Positions 12,201 through 25,486 of a stretch of DNA of 64,000 nt are shown piece after piece. A model generated the notes under the pieces. That model saw nothing but the letters and a program-made list of their open reading frames with translations. It did no database searches and had not been told where the DNA came from. The DNA is from Zygnema circumcarinatum SAG 698-1b. Its lineage: Eukaryota > Plantae > Zygnematophyceae. A program made the translations under genes and the position numbers. Location: assembly GCA_037447605.1 (NCBI GenBank), contig CM074806.1, positions 496,001 to 560,000 on the forward strand, in the 5' to 3' direction. Every line of letters starts with the position of its first letter. The stretch's first letter is position 1.

Positions 12201-13728
12201 CGCTCCTCCCTTCTCTCTCTCTCCTTGAGCCGCGCCCGCCGACCGCCTCTCGTCATCTTTGATTTCCTCCAACACCTCCTGACAGAGGAGATAGAGTGAC
12301 AAAGGGTTTGTATGGTTTAGGGTTTAAGCGCATCGGAGCGTACAAATTATTTGCCCTACAACAGTAAACCCTAAAAACCCAAACTAAAAAACCTAGATCC
12401 TAAAATACCCTAGACCCTACGCTCTAAGACACCTTAACACTAAACTGCAAAACACTCTTAACTCTAAAACCCTAGCCTAAACCCTGAAAACTTTAAACCC
12501 TAAACCCTACAAAAAACCTGAACCCTGTACCCTGAGAAACCCTAATCCCTGAAAGCCCTTAACCCTAACCTTAATTCCTAACCCTAAACTCTGAAAATAT
12601 TAAACCCTAAACCCTGTACCCTGAAAACCCTGAAAACCCTAATCCCTAACCCCAAGCCCTGAAACAACTAAACCCTATTCCTAAACCCTCAAACCCTAAG
12701 CCCTAACCTAAAACCCTAAACCCTTACCCTAAATTCTAAACCCTGAAACCCTAAAACCCTAACCCTAAAATCCTAAACTCTAAACCCACCTGCAGCAACT
12801 TCCATTTTGGCATTTCTTCAAAGGTCAATTCGAGTTCCACTCCGGCCTCTCCCCCGTCCTCATTGGTCGGCTCCGCGCCACGTGGCGACTTCTGATTGGC
12901 TGCTCCTCGCTGCTCCTCCCCGTCTACACCTGTCACAGCCTCATCACAATTTTCATCTCCGTTTTTTTTCTTTCTCTTCCCGGAAATCGGCTCCGCCGCT
13001 TCTGATTGGTCGAGTTTTTTGTCTTTTGCGGCATTTCCGTTGTTTCCTTTTTGTCTCTTTCGGGCCCGCTCGGAAGTCGCCTCCACCTGAAACCCATTTC
13101 AGAATTCTTTCTAGGGTCATTTTTTTTTTTTATAATATCTAGAAATGTCTCTTCAAAATTCTGAGTTTCCAGTATTGGTCGGTTCGGAGCTGACCTTGTC
13201 TGAGGCTGCAGCTGCAGGGCCTCTGCTGACGTCAGCGCGTACTATCTGCCACCTCATGGTGCCACGTGGCAGGTCAGCATTGGCGGTAGAAGCGGACACG
13301 AGGGCTTGAGAAGAGAGGGTGCGAGAGGGAAGAGGGGGTGGGGGAAGATCAAGAACAAAAGGGGGGGGGGGTAAGAGAGAAAGGGAGAGAGGGAGGGCAG
13401 GGGAGAGAGAGACAGCGAGGGAAAAGAGAGGGCAGCGAGGAAGATGGAGGAAGGATAGAGAGGGAGATGAAGGTGAGAGGAGTCCAAGAGAGGGGTTGGA
13501 AGAGAGAGAGCGAGAGAAAGAGAGTGAGAGAGAGAGAGAGGGAGCAGTCAGAGAGAGTGTGGCCACGAGGAAAAGAGAAAGTAAGTGGAGCGAGAGAGGG
13601 AGAAAAGGGAGCGAAGAGGGTTAGAAAACAAGAGGAAGGAGGGAGCGATGGGAGAGAGCGAGGGGGAGAGGAGACGAAGGTGACGGTGGAAGAAAAAGAG
13701 AAAGACAGAGAGAGAGAGACAGAGAGAC

Positions 13729-13795
<67 letters not shown>

Positions 13796-16700
13796 CCCCA
13801 CTTGGTACACCCTCCTCTTGGCCAGTTCGAATATTTTGGGCGCCTCCTTCGCAAAGATCCATGCCGCCCCTGCGCCCTCCGCCGCACGTGTGGCCGAGAG
13901 GTAGCGGAGAAAGGCGGGGGCGTCAAGGCGGAGGGAGTACTCCGCAAGCTGCCGCAGAGTGCGGAGGTCGGCCACCAGCTGCAGCCGAAAACCCCATTTG
14001 CACCCCATCGGAACATCGAAAAAAAAAAAAAAAAAATGGAAAAAAGGGGGGAAGACAATGCAGGATTTTGAAAAGCACTGGAAAAGACAAGGATTCTAAA
14101 ATTTGAACGTTAGACCTTAGAATGTTTAGGGCTATCAAAGACCTTTGGTAGAGCAATAATGAGAGTTTCCAATGAGGCGTTCCATGTGAGAGCGTTACCT
14201 GTTTAGTTCTACGGCCGACGGTGTGCCAAATGGGGTCCAGTTGGCGGCGGATGATTTCATCGAAAGATTTGAAGAGCCCATTTTCTAAAGTTAAGTCGTC
14301 CACGTCGACTTTATTTGTCTTCCGGAGCTCCTGCTACAGATTATAATGAAGAAAACACGAAAAAAGAGGAGGGGGGNNNNNNNNNNGGAGAGAGAGGGGG
14401 AGAGGGAGAGGGAGAGAGAGGGGGAGAGGGAGAGGGAGGGGGAGGGGGAAGGAGGGAGGGAGAGGGAGGGAGGGAGGGGGGAGGGGGAGAGTAAGGGGGA
14501 GGGGAAGGGGGAGGGAGGGGGGAGGGTGGGAGAGGGTAAGAGTGAGGGAAGAAGTATGGGGGAGAGAGGGAGTGGGAGGGAAAGCGAGCGAGGAAGAAGG
14601 CAGGAGGATGGCGCGAAGGGGAATGGAAGAACAACATCAACCATTTCGATACCAAAGTAAAAAACAGGCCTCCAAACCCCAATGCTTATACAACTGAACA
14701 TTTAAGCTGGGAAAAAACCACATTCAAACCCTAAAGTCTAAAACCCTTCGGTAGTGGAAAATTTTCCATCTGACATATCCAAACACTCTGCTCAATATTC
14801 TGCAAGATATTCTGCTAGACATTCTGTTCATTCCAAATACCACAATTTATGGTGTAGAAATGTTAATAGTGTTGCCTGCCTGAAAGCGGGGCCACAAGTA
14901 GAGGCGGCGCAGAAATAGCGCCTTTAAAACCCTCTCCACCTTGCTGAACCCCATACTCAGCGACTGAGGGCGGTCGGAAAATGCGGCAGTGAAGCCGGTT
15001 CGGTTGGAAGCCCTAAAGAAAGGTATAAGAACAAAGGAAAGGAGATGCAGAAAGAAAGGTGGGGATGGGGAACGGATGAAGGTTTTGAATGTGAGAGGGA
15101 GAGGGAGAGGGAGAGGGAGAGGGAGAGGGAGGAGAGGAGAGGGAGAGGGGAGAGGTGGGAGAGGGAGAGGGAGAGGGAGAGGGAGAGGGAGAGGGAGAGG
15201 GAGAGGGAGAGGAGAGGGAGAGGGAGAGTGGGAGAGGGAGAGGGAAAGGTGTACCGGTAAATGCGGAGAATGAAGGCCTCCGTGCAGGTGTCTGTCACCC
15301 GGTGTGCATTGTTCAACACAATTCCTGTCACCTGCACATTTGGCAACCGGAATACCATAAATTTCACTTTCTTCCCAGACGAGAGAGGGAGGGAGAGAGC
15401 ACGAGAGTGAGAGAGAGCGAGAGAGAGAGAGAGAGAGAGAGTGAGAGAAAAAGAGAGAGAGAGAGGCGGACCTGTGTGAGAGGCACTCGGTCGTTGAGAA
15501 GGTCAACTATGAGGATGCGTGACGTGACGGCCAGCACCCCTCCCGTCCCGTAAAGGGAGGAGCGCTCGCTACTGCTGAAGGCGGCGCTGACCTCCTGTAC
15601 GGAAAAGGGGGAGCCTCTCTCCCGCAGCTCTGCGCAGAGAGCCTGTGGGAGAGAGGGGAGAGGGAGGGGGAGGGGGGGAAGGGGGGTGGGGAGGGGAAGG
15701 GGGGGAGGGAGGGAAGGTAGGGAGGGGAGGGGGAGAGGGAGAGGGATGGGGAGAGAGGAGGTCGAGGGCCGAGAGTGAGGGAGAGAGGGGGAGAAGAGTT
15801 AGGGAGAGGCGGGATGGAGGAAGGGAGGGAAGTGGGTGGTAATGAGGGAGAGAGAGGGGGAGGGGGGGAGAGGGAGGGAGAGGAAGGGAGAGGAGGAGAG
15901 TGGGGGCAAGGGAGGAAGGAGATGAGACGGTGACAGAGAGGGAGATAGAGGGAATGGAAGTGGTTGAAAAAGGGAGGTAGAGAGGCAGAAATGGGAGATA
16001 GTTGGGAGTGAGAGAGAGAGGGACGCACAAGGAAAGAGGAGAGAAACGAACGTCAGAAAGTACTGGAATTGGAAAAACATGAGTCTCTTGTCGTCCTTGA
16101 GGAATGGTACAGTGCACTAAAGAGATAAAATTCATGTGCTTGACTTATGCCGAGCCAATGGTTATTTAGGGTTTTAAGGTTTTGTAGGGTTTTAGGGTTG
16201 TTAGGGTTTTTAGGTGCAAAAATGCACTTTCTGAGGTTCATGTGCTTCAACATTGACGCACAAAACTTTTGCTATTTTGGAAACAGAAACATAAATTGCC
16301 CCTTATTCAAGTGATAAAAAATACCAGCTTTCATAAATTACAGGCTCGGCACAGTCTGAGTTTGGCTTTGTCATTCTTCCCATCCGCAGACATGTACTGT
16401 TCAGTCGCTCATATCATGGAATATGTGAAACTGAAAATAATTACTGGTATTGCTTCCTACCGCTAAAGCTTAAGCTGAAGCAACTCAACTTTCTCGAATT
16501 TTAGGCGCCCATTCCGAATCTTGTGAAGAACAAACACATACGTGAAGATCGCAAGCTTTCTAAAAGAACAGATGATGATGATGATGAAGTTGATGGTGAT
16601 GGTGATGATGGTCATGACAGTGATGTGCATGATTTCTATGTTTTATATTCATCCCAAACAGTCTTTTTTCAAGAACCAATTTTACCCCTTTTGCTTCATT

Positions 16701-16956
16701 GACGCTTCAAAAGACCTTGAAAACTTTAACCTTGCTGCCAAATGGTTGCTGAAGCTTTTTTAAAACTCACATATACACATATGATTACCTGTCGCTGCTG
16801 ATCCGAAGTGCTGAGCAGAAAGATGAGTCCCCCCTCAACATATCGCAGCTCCAAGAGCGCCGCCACAGCCTTATTCAAACCAAGGCCGGCCGCCAAAACA
16901 GTTAAACCGTCTTGCTCGAACAGCTCTGCAGCGATGTGCTCGTGAAAAGGTAACAT
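9290..16956 (-). CDS. UVH1: DNA repair endonuclease XPF/RAD1/ERCC4 (incomplete in assembly)
   Basis: Exons 16956-16789, 15642-15472, 15331-15255, 15012-14880 (GC donor), [expected exon absent, gap at 14377-14386], 14330-14199, 13978-13802, 13245-13195, 13086-12790, 12278-12057, 11855-10638, 10269-9904 (runs into a gap), 9513-9290. The last HhH exon is absent (gap at 8764-8773). Motifs: RILIVDLL, LWPRFQ, IRRQLDPIWH, EEMPKWKLL, VDLREF..GDY..ERKSVADL nuclease motif, LHFPRLRIVWSRS. Confidence 0.95.
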
Positions 16957-17419
16957 CTTCTGCTTTTGCTTTCGCTTTTGCTTCAAAAAATGATGGCTTT
17001 ATCGAATATATGGATGCGTATCATCATATGATCTATGTCGTACGCTTCTTTATATATCCAAAGATACAGCAGGGAGAATACTTCGCCCTAGCATACAGCA
17101 AGCGGGCTCTTAGGATGTTGACTAAGAGTTTAGGGTTTTGGAATACTTGTGATTTTAGGGTTTCAAGTATTTGAAGGTTTCAGGACGTCAGGTGCTTTCA
17201 CGTGGATTCAAGGAGGTTCTGGCAACCCTAAATGAAACAAAAGATAAATGATGGTTGGGGCGGTTGCGAGCTGCGCTTGCGTTATAGCATAAAGGGGGCG
17301 GCGAGAAATTGCAGATTTTTATTTGTTTGAGATGAATTGGAACAGCTGGCGGATGCTTGCTGCGCTTTGCAGGTCTTTCGATATGAGGCTTTCTTTCCTG
17401 TGAAGCGGGGGAGAGAGAG

Positions 17420-17461
<42 letters not shown>

Positions 17462-18099
17462 CGCGAGAGAGAGAATGGGAGAGAAAGTCTGTTGAAGAGA
17501 ATAGAGAGGTGGGGAAAGACGAGCGGAGAGCGAGTGCCGAAAAGCAATCGAGAGAGTAAGGAGAGAGGGGAGGGGGCAGAGTGTGTGAGAGAGAGAGAGG
17601 AGGGTGAGAGAGAGGAGAGAGAAGAAAGGGAGGGAGAGGCGCTCGCGCTAAAAAGCAGTGAACTGAACGACGGATGTGCTCGTAACAGCCCTCCGCGCAC
17701 CCCTTCGCCTCTCCCTCCCCCTCTCTCCCTCCCTCGCCGCTCTGCAGCTTTCCGCCATGGCTGACGTCTGCCCGTCTCCCCTTCTCCTTCTCGGAAGCCC
17801 TTTCTTTTGAAAGTTCTCAACTGAAAGGATACCATACATTGATGCAACCATGTTAAAAAGTTTGAAAACAATAACATGTACATATATTAGAAGGTTCTTC
17901 ATACCTGCATTCATAATATCATTGTATAAACGAACGCCTTAAGTCTAGACAAATATAAGATTGCAGTCCTGAAACCCTCTTGACACGATTATACTCTCAT
18001 TGGGGCCTCCTTACACCCCTTTCCTGCTTAAGCCCTACACACAAAACCTTAACCCTAACCCTCCCTAGACCCTCCTTAACACCTTGCGAGGTCCCGGCC

Positions 18100-21000
18100 A
18101 TGGCTGCCGCAACGCTGCGTCTTCTCCGCTCCTGTGGCGCAGAGGGCGAGGGAGCCATGGCGGTGGTGGTGGCAGACTCCGCCATGGCGGGAGGGGCCCG
18201 GGCGGTGCTCCGCCAGCTGCTCGGAGACCTCTGCAGAGCGACAGCAGCCGGCCATGCAGCTGCCAAGTACAACCCTAATCTTCTTCTTTCCATTTCTTTT
18301 TCGCATTTTTAGGTTACGTTTTGCTTATTTCATTTTAAGTTTGCTGCTCTCTCCTCTTTCTCTCCAATCCCTTTCCCCTTGGCAGCCTTCTCTCTCTCTC
18401 TTTCTCTCTCTCTCACTCTTTCTGTCTCCCTCTCTCAATCTGTTCCTCTCTCGCTCTCCCTCCCCTCTCCCTTCGTATCTCTCTCCCTCTCTCTCTCTTT
18501 CTCGCTTTTCCATCTCTCCCTCTCGCCCTTCTCTCGCTCTCTCTCTCTCCCTCAATCTCTCTCCCTCTCTCTCACTCACTCTCTTTCTCCCCCTCTCTCG
18601 CACCCCCTTCTCCTCCCGCTCCCCTTCCCCCTCCTCGCCTCCTATGTCTCCTATGTTTTTGAAATGTAAAGGCGTGTGTGTGAGAGGTGCTCAGAGCCAT
18701 TGCAGTGGTGGCGTTGGAGAGTCCGCCGGAGGACTATTGGGAATTGGCGAAAGGAGCAGTTCCATGTGCAGAAAATTCGACAAATTCAGTGAAACATTTG
18801 AGCTGGTGGGGGCCGTTTCTTGAGCTGCAGAAATTTCTTCAACTTCTCAAGAAACCCGGCCAGTTCACATAAGGCTAAACCTCTGAACAGCTCAAAATTT
18901 AAAAGTAATTAAACTCTAAGAAATAGAAAGGAGAAGAATGAAATAAAAACTCTCATCCTAATTCTTTTTAAGGCAGCTTTAGAATCTCCAGGTCAATATT
19001 ATATGCCTAAAGTGCCCAAAGATCTTAAAACTAAATTCCGTATCTTCTTTCTGAAACCCTAAAACCCCTCTAACCCTAACGAGCTTATCAGGTTCAGAGT
19101 CATCGATGGGTTCAGCGATCCTCTTGGGTGGGAGAGAGAAGCTTCTGAGCCTCTGCTGAAACCACCTGAGGATTCTCCTGGCCAATCACAGCTCTCAAAT
19201 GATGATCAGATTTTGAAAAATGTTTTTGACATCGAGTCAAGCATAGAAACTGCTGCGCCGTCGTGGCCGATTGCTTCAGTTATGGATCTGGACAGGTTAA
19301 GGGAGCTCCTTTTGGAGGCTGGGAAAGGTGAGAGTGGGAAGGAGGGAGAGAGGAAGAAAGATCTTGATGTTGCTGTATAGTATGTAGCATTCTTGATTGT
19401 AGCTTGGCATGCACTTCCCTTCCTTTCTCTTCCTCTTCCTCACTCCCTCCTTCCCTCCCTCCCTCTCTCCTTCCTCCACCCCCTCCCTCCCTCCCTTCCT
19501 CCTCCCCTCCTTCCCCTTCCCTCTCGCCCTTCTTACCTCCCTTCCTCTCTGTCCCTCTCTCCTTCCCCCATTCTCTCCTTCACCCTCCCACTTTCCCTCT
19601 CCCCCTCTCCCCCTCCCTCCCACTCTCCCCCCCTCCCTATTTACAACATGTTGTGCGCCCTTGCCTTCAGATGCTCTTCCAGAAGGCAGTCCGAAGGCGA
19701 AAGTCACAATTGTGTTTGACTCGGTACGCTTTTCCGTCTATTCACAAAAGTAGGAAAAAAAGTTAAGAAATTGAAATTGGAAAGTTTTCCGAATTTCAGG
19801 CATAGGGTTTTCTGGAATAGAAACAGATTAAAACGACGCAAACGAAAGCATTGTGTATCTCAGTAATTTATAAATTTACAAATCTAGTCCGTCGGAGCGA
19901 TAACATTGATCATTAGCATCGCTACATGACTTCATTTCTTTCAGCCTAGAAGAGAAATTTATTGAAGGGAAAAATCTCCCCAAGTTCCTAAATCCTTTTC
20001 TAAAAGCTCGAAGAGCCTAGAAACGAACGAGTCGGACACAAGCAACCCTACGACCCCAATAAACCTAAAACCCTACAAACCCTAAATCCCTAGAAACCCT
20101 AAAACCCTAAACCCCAAACCTATGGTTGCCTGCAGGTGAGCGTCCTCCTTCGCCACAATTCACTTTTCGCCGTTTCGTCGTTTTTGGACTCCCTTCGGTG
20201 GACAGGTCGTTTGCAATTCTCTGGAAAGAAAACGATTGCCTCTCACTGCATTGAATATACACCTGATCATAAAACTTGACATGTTGAAAGATGGATTTTT
20301 TCTGGAAAACTTGAACATAAAAGCGGAATAGAATAGAAGAGCTCAGAAATTCACCTTGCCCTCATCTCTCCCTAACCCACCTCCTGCCCTGCTCGTTCTC
20401 CCTCTCCTCCTGCTCCGCTCACCACCTTTTCCTCTCGTTTCTGTCCACCCACTGTCTCTCCCTCCCTCCACCTCTCTCTCTCTCTCTCCATCTCTCCCAC
20501 TCTCCATCCCTCTCTCCCCCCCGTTCACTCTTCCTCTCCCTCCTCTTCCCCTACTCTCTCCCTCCCCCCCCCCCATTTCCTCTCCCACCCCTCCACTACC
20601 ACAGCCCTGATCCCCTCCAACCGCCCCTCTCTCTTCCCTCCCCCGTGAGTGCAGAGGCCGCAGCATCGCTCCTTCTGCCGTTCCATGCTGACCTGCATCC
20701 GCCCTCCGTTCTGAATGCGTTGAACTATTTGGCCAACGCATCTCTGAGCATAGAACCCCCCCCTCCCCTCCCACCTCCCCCTCCCTCTGCTCCCAGCGGT
20801 GGGTCCCACCGACCAACAGGAATTGTTCGTCTCCTGCAAAAACGACGAACAGGGAAGGTTCTTGAGCAGGTAGGCTGCCCCTCTCTCTCTCTCTCTCTCA
20901 CTCTTCCCCACTCCCCCTTGCTCTCCTTCTCCCGCTCCCTCGTCCTCTCCCAATCCCTCTCCCTCTGCCTCCCCCTCTCCCTCTTTCTCTCGCTCTCCCT

Positions 21001-22297
21001 CTCCCCTCTCCTTCCCCCTCATCCGTGTGTGCAATTTTCTCAATGGGAAACTTTCTGGGCCAAACATGTATCAAATACTGTGAGCCACTTCGATGAGAAA
21101 TGATCAAATGAGCCCATTTGAATAGAAAACGATGAGTTAGTGTTACGCAAAAAAATAAGCTTAGTATGTGTTTTGAAACTCGTGTGGCTCCGAGCTTTTT
21201 GCCAGGTGGAGGCGTTCGATTGGTCGGCGGAAACGGACAAAGTTGTCTTCTATGAACTGGCAATGCCAAAAATTACGTTGCCTTTGGCGCAGAGTACCGA
21301 TTCTAAGTCGAGTCGAACGACAACGAGCTCACAGGTATTTTGGTTTTCGAGGTTTATACATTGAGAGAGAGAGAGAGGGTGAGGTTGAGAGGGAGAGAAA
21401 CCTCTCTTGTTGAGGTTCATTGCTGCTGTGATTTATCCTCCCACCCTCCCTCCTTCCGACCCCACCTCTCTCTCTCCCTTTCTCCCTCCCCCTCGTCCCT
21501 CCTTCCCTCGCCCCCTCCCTTTCCCTCCCTCCCCTTCTCCCACTCCCTCCCTCCATCGGCCCATCCCCTCTTCCCTATCTCTCCCCCATCCCTCTCTTTC
21601 CCTGCCTCCCCCTATCCCTCTCCCTCCATCCCTCTTCCTCTCCCTCCCCCTCTCCCTTTCCCCCTCCCTCTCCCTCTCCCTCTCCCTCTCCCCCTATTCC
21701 TCTCCCTCTCTCTCTCCCTCTCCTCGCTCCTTCCAATTGGAGGTAGTCGGACTGAATTGAACTGGTAACTGGATCCGCATCGTCTCCATGTCAGTTACGC
21801 CAATGTTGTGAGCATGTGCACTGACCTTCAGAACTGTTTCCATGCAGGTGCCGTTCAGTTTGGAGCTCAGTGAAAAGGAGAAGGCGGATCGGGCACGTGT
21901 CGTCCTCCCATACGAGCACCAAGGTGGAGAGGTTCCATGGAGTCAGTTGAAAAAAAACTGTTGAACGGGAAACTGTATAACGGTGTTACAAACTGAAAAC
22001 ACATAGAAAACAAAATTCAATCCCTTTCTTATTAATGATTTTTGTTTGTTTTGTTTTTTTTTTTGTTTTTTCTTTAAAGGTGAAGGAAAGAGCCTCCTCA
22101 TCTACGACGGGCGGAAAAGAGAGGGAGGCGGCAGCGGGAGCGGGAGAGAAGCGGCTCATGATGAGGGGGTTGACTTGAAGTCAACGGGTGGCAGAAGTCA
22201 ACTGCCACGTGGCGGGCTGATCCACTACGTGCGCGAGGCGGAGGAGGACGAGGGCCTCGACTCGGACGAGGACCCCGACGACGACCTCGACCTCTGA
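18100..22297 (+). CDS. ELP5: Elongator complex protein 5
   Basis: Nine phase-consistent exons: 18100-18266, 18695-18805, 19092-19327, 19671-19723, 20136-20205, 20655-20869, 21206-21334, 21848-21923, 22080-22297. Motifs: IDGFSDPLGW, FHADLH, KRRTGKV, VPFSLELSEKEKADRARVVLPYEHQG, and the C-terminus DSDEDPDDDLDL typical of plant ELP5. Confidence 0.92.
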
Positions 22298-22808
22298 GGG
22301 GGGGCGGCGTGCCATGTGGACCGAATCTCAGTTCTGTGAAAAATCAGTTGAACAATGTTCAACCTTGCTGGTGTCATTTGTCTCATATTATAAATGTATG
22401 TTTACATATGTTTACTTGCTCACGAATGTATATAGGAAAATGCTATGTTCACACCTTTTTTTGTCGAGATACACACCTTTTTTGCCGGCCATATATTTAG
22501 GGCTTTTATGGTATTGGAGTTTTTTTTAAGGTATCTAGACAAAAAAGGTGTGTGAATAGTAATTCCCTATATATATATATATGTATATACAGTATTACAT
22601 AATTTGATTCATAGTAACAAAAATAGAGAGATAGGGGAACTTTCATTGAACTCGCGATGGGGAGGCCATCAAATGTACATGGACAAAGGCAAAATGTGGA
22701 ACCACGAATGACTGGTCACAAAGGACCGAAACACAATAAAACGAAGCCAGAAGCGGAAAACTACGCCTAGGCACAAACAACGCAGCCCTAGAAAATTGGA
22801 CTAAGTTC

Positions 22809-22845
22809 AATTTGTCAATTTGTCAATTTGTCAATTTGTCAATTT
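22809..22845. repeat. Tandem 8-mer (AATTTGTC)x4+
   Basis: aatttgtcaatttgtcaatttgtcaatttgtcaattt in intergenic DNA. Confidence 0.85.
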
Positions 22846-23840
22846 CGAGATGAAGGTCAAGGGATGAAGTTATGTGCGTTCCAGTTCGCATAAAAGCACA
22901 ACATACCCATGCTCTACAACAAGAGCTACGGGACGGAACGGAAGGGAACGGAGCGGAAAAGATAGAAACGGAACGGGCATGATCCATGATGCACGTTCCA
23001 TAAAATCTGTCAAATGACTGCGGCTATTTGTTTTAGAGCTCCTGACTAATCCGTGCACTGGAACTGAACTGATGACGGGGCACACGGAACTGTGATTCAA
23101 GGGGCTGACGGGATACATGGAACAGCGTGATCGTCCCAACGTTTGGCGACGGCCGGCCGACCGGCGATCCCAAAATTTTGACGCCGTCGGCTGTCATGGA
23201 CCAAACAACATTTTCTCCTGCCCGTCAAATGCGGCTAGCGCGGGAAAGTCACTCTCCCGCGTTGCTCATTGCCAGAGTACTATTCTCCGACGAAAACAAA
23301 TAACAAAATGTGCTACCATCCTGCCCGAAAGAAATTGAATTGGGCCAGAACCTGACCGAAAATTTTGGAGCCTGCCGCCTGCCTGCTGCTGCTCCTGCTT
23401 GAAGGCTTCCAAGCTCTTGGACGGGGCGCCTGCCTGCGACTGACTGACGGACTGGTGGCGGAGGGAGGGAGGGCCGGCGTTGGAAAGCTTGAAAACACAT
23501 CATGATTGGGATTCTGTATCGATGTATCGATGTCAGTGTCCATTTCAGGCTGCATATCTCTCAAAAAAAAGGGGTATGATTGATTTTAGTATTGTCAGAA
23601 TAAGTTTGCTTGAACAGTTTTTCTCATCGGTTCTGCACTCTCTTTCTCTCTTTCAGTCCCTTTTCTTCTCTTTCTTCGCCTTACTCAAGCTGTACTGTTT
23701 TGGCTATCGAACACGTACACAGTCGAAACATATTAGAGATGCTGCAAGAGCTGGTTGTTTCAGCTTCAAAGATATTAACTGTGCCAATTTGTAAGAAGTA
23801 CCACCACAAATGGCTAAGCAGCAGCTTACTAAACCTATCA

Positions 23841-24297
23841 ATGGGCGCATTCTTTGTTGTGGTAATGCTGCTCAGCAAAGGTGTTTGTGCAGGAGGAGTT
23901 CAGAGCATCTTCATCATCTCCTTGTACGGAGCGAATGAAGTCGGATCTCCTGGAGATCCTTCAGGAACAGGAATCGCTACTCTTAATTTTAATCGACAAA
24001 CAGGATCTCTATTCTACGACATAACGTGAGTCCGAATCTTGAATAAACTCTTTCAGAAACCAAAATGAAGTTCTGATGTCAAAAAGTGCTGATAAACAAA
24101 ACATTCCTGGACCGCCTCATCTATATTGTATCTCTTTGACGGTAAAAGAATCATTTTAGTTACGCATTGGGACAAGCCTTTCTCTTCTAAAGGATTTTTT
24201 TGATAATTAAACTGCCACTTGTCTCAGTGGTTCATAGAACCACTTTCGATAAAAACATCCATCCTTGCTTACCATTTCCTTCCCCGCCCCCCTCTAT

Positions 24298-24379
<82 letters not shown>

Positions 24380-25486
24380 TCTGTCCTCTCCTCACTCTCC
24401 CTCTCTTCCGCTCGACAGTTTGCAGGGCCTAGCGGCGCCAGTTGCAATTGATGTGCTCTACGGCGATTACAGCAGTGTGGCAGGGACCGGCGCTGTAGGC
24501 GCAACCGCGACACTACTGAACCTTCTCACGATCTTCACGACGATAACAAGTTCGCAGTCTGGCGTTTACAGGATCACCGGTGCAATTCCTTGTTCTCTAG
24601 ATCTCATGACCGCCATCACAAGTGATCCAACAAACTACTATTTGCAGGTTTACACAGTGAACTATCCTTACGGTAAGTCTGAATTCCATGCAACCTCTTT
24701 TCTCAAGTAGACGATGGCGATGTTTTGGCAGGTTGCTGGATCATTAAAGGTGTCAAAATTGCTCCTCGGAAAATCTAACTCCTCATCGTTGCTCTGAACG
24801 CGGGTTCTTCACCCTCAGAATTAATACTTTCACACGTGAAATATTTCTAATTAAATAGTTCAGTTGATGACTTCTCCTCGGTAACCTTTGTGAAACTCCT
24901 TTCAATAACGTTCTCTTTCCTCATTCATTATTCGGTGCATTATTCATCTGCAGGTGCGTGCAGGAGCCAGTTGGCGTACCTCTTGAGAAGCGCGAGCATC
25001 ACTATCTCTGACTTCAATGCCCAGGACTGGACGAACCCTACCCAGACGTTGCAATCCTTACTCCCTTCAGTAGCTTCACTCCAATCAAGTTCCACTTCAA
25101 CAGTAGGACTAAGTGTACCGTTCTTACCGGCAATTGGAGCCATATCATCATCTGCTCAAACGTCAGGGCTACCAACTGCTCTAACATCAGGGATACCGTC
25201 TGCATTGGCGGCAGAAACCACATCAACTGTAGCTCCCATTGAAGAGGCTTCAGCGGCAATCCCAGATCTCGCAGAAAATGCGACATTTCTAACCGTCGAC
25301 AAAGCTAATCTGACGACGGAGAATGATTCTTCTCAGGCGACGTCAAACTCTACTGCGAATGGGACGAGCATTGCTCCTCTCTCGGCTGCAGCGGCGTTCA
25401 TAAACTCATCATCAGTGGTCGGTTCTTTGAATTCGTTTCCTATCAATTCTAGTCTAATTGGAAACGAAACAGGTACGATACCTTAA
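23841..25486 (+). CDS. Putative secreted protein with a divergent CHRD domain and an S/T/A-rich tail (~323 aa)
   Basis: Exons 23841-24025, 24419-24672, 24954-25486, in phase. Signal-peptide-like start MGAFFVVVMLLSKGVCAG. CHRD-like pattern LYGANEV..GDPSGTGIATL..LFYDIT..ITSDPTNYYLQVYTVNYPYGACRSQL. An alternative in-frame ATG lies at 23739. Confidence 0.75.

Noticed and set aside
8764-14386. XPF as a truncated pseudogene
   Set aside because: The missing parts coincide with N gaps; all visible exons are open and the nuclease motif is intact
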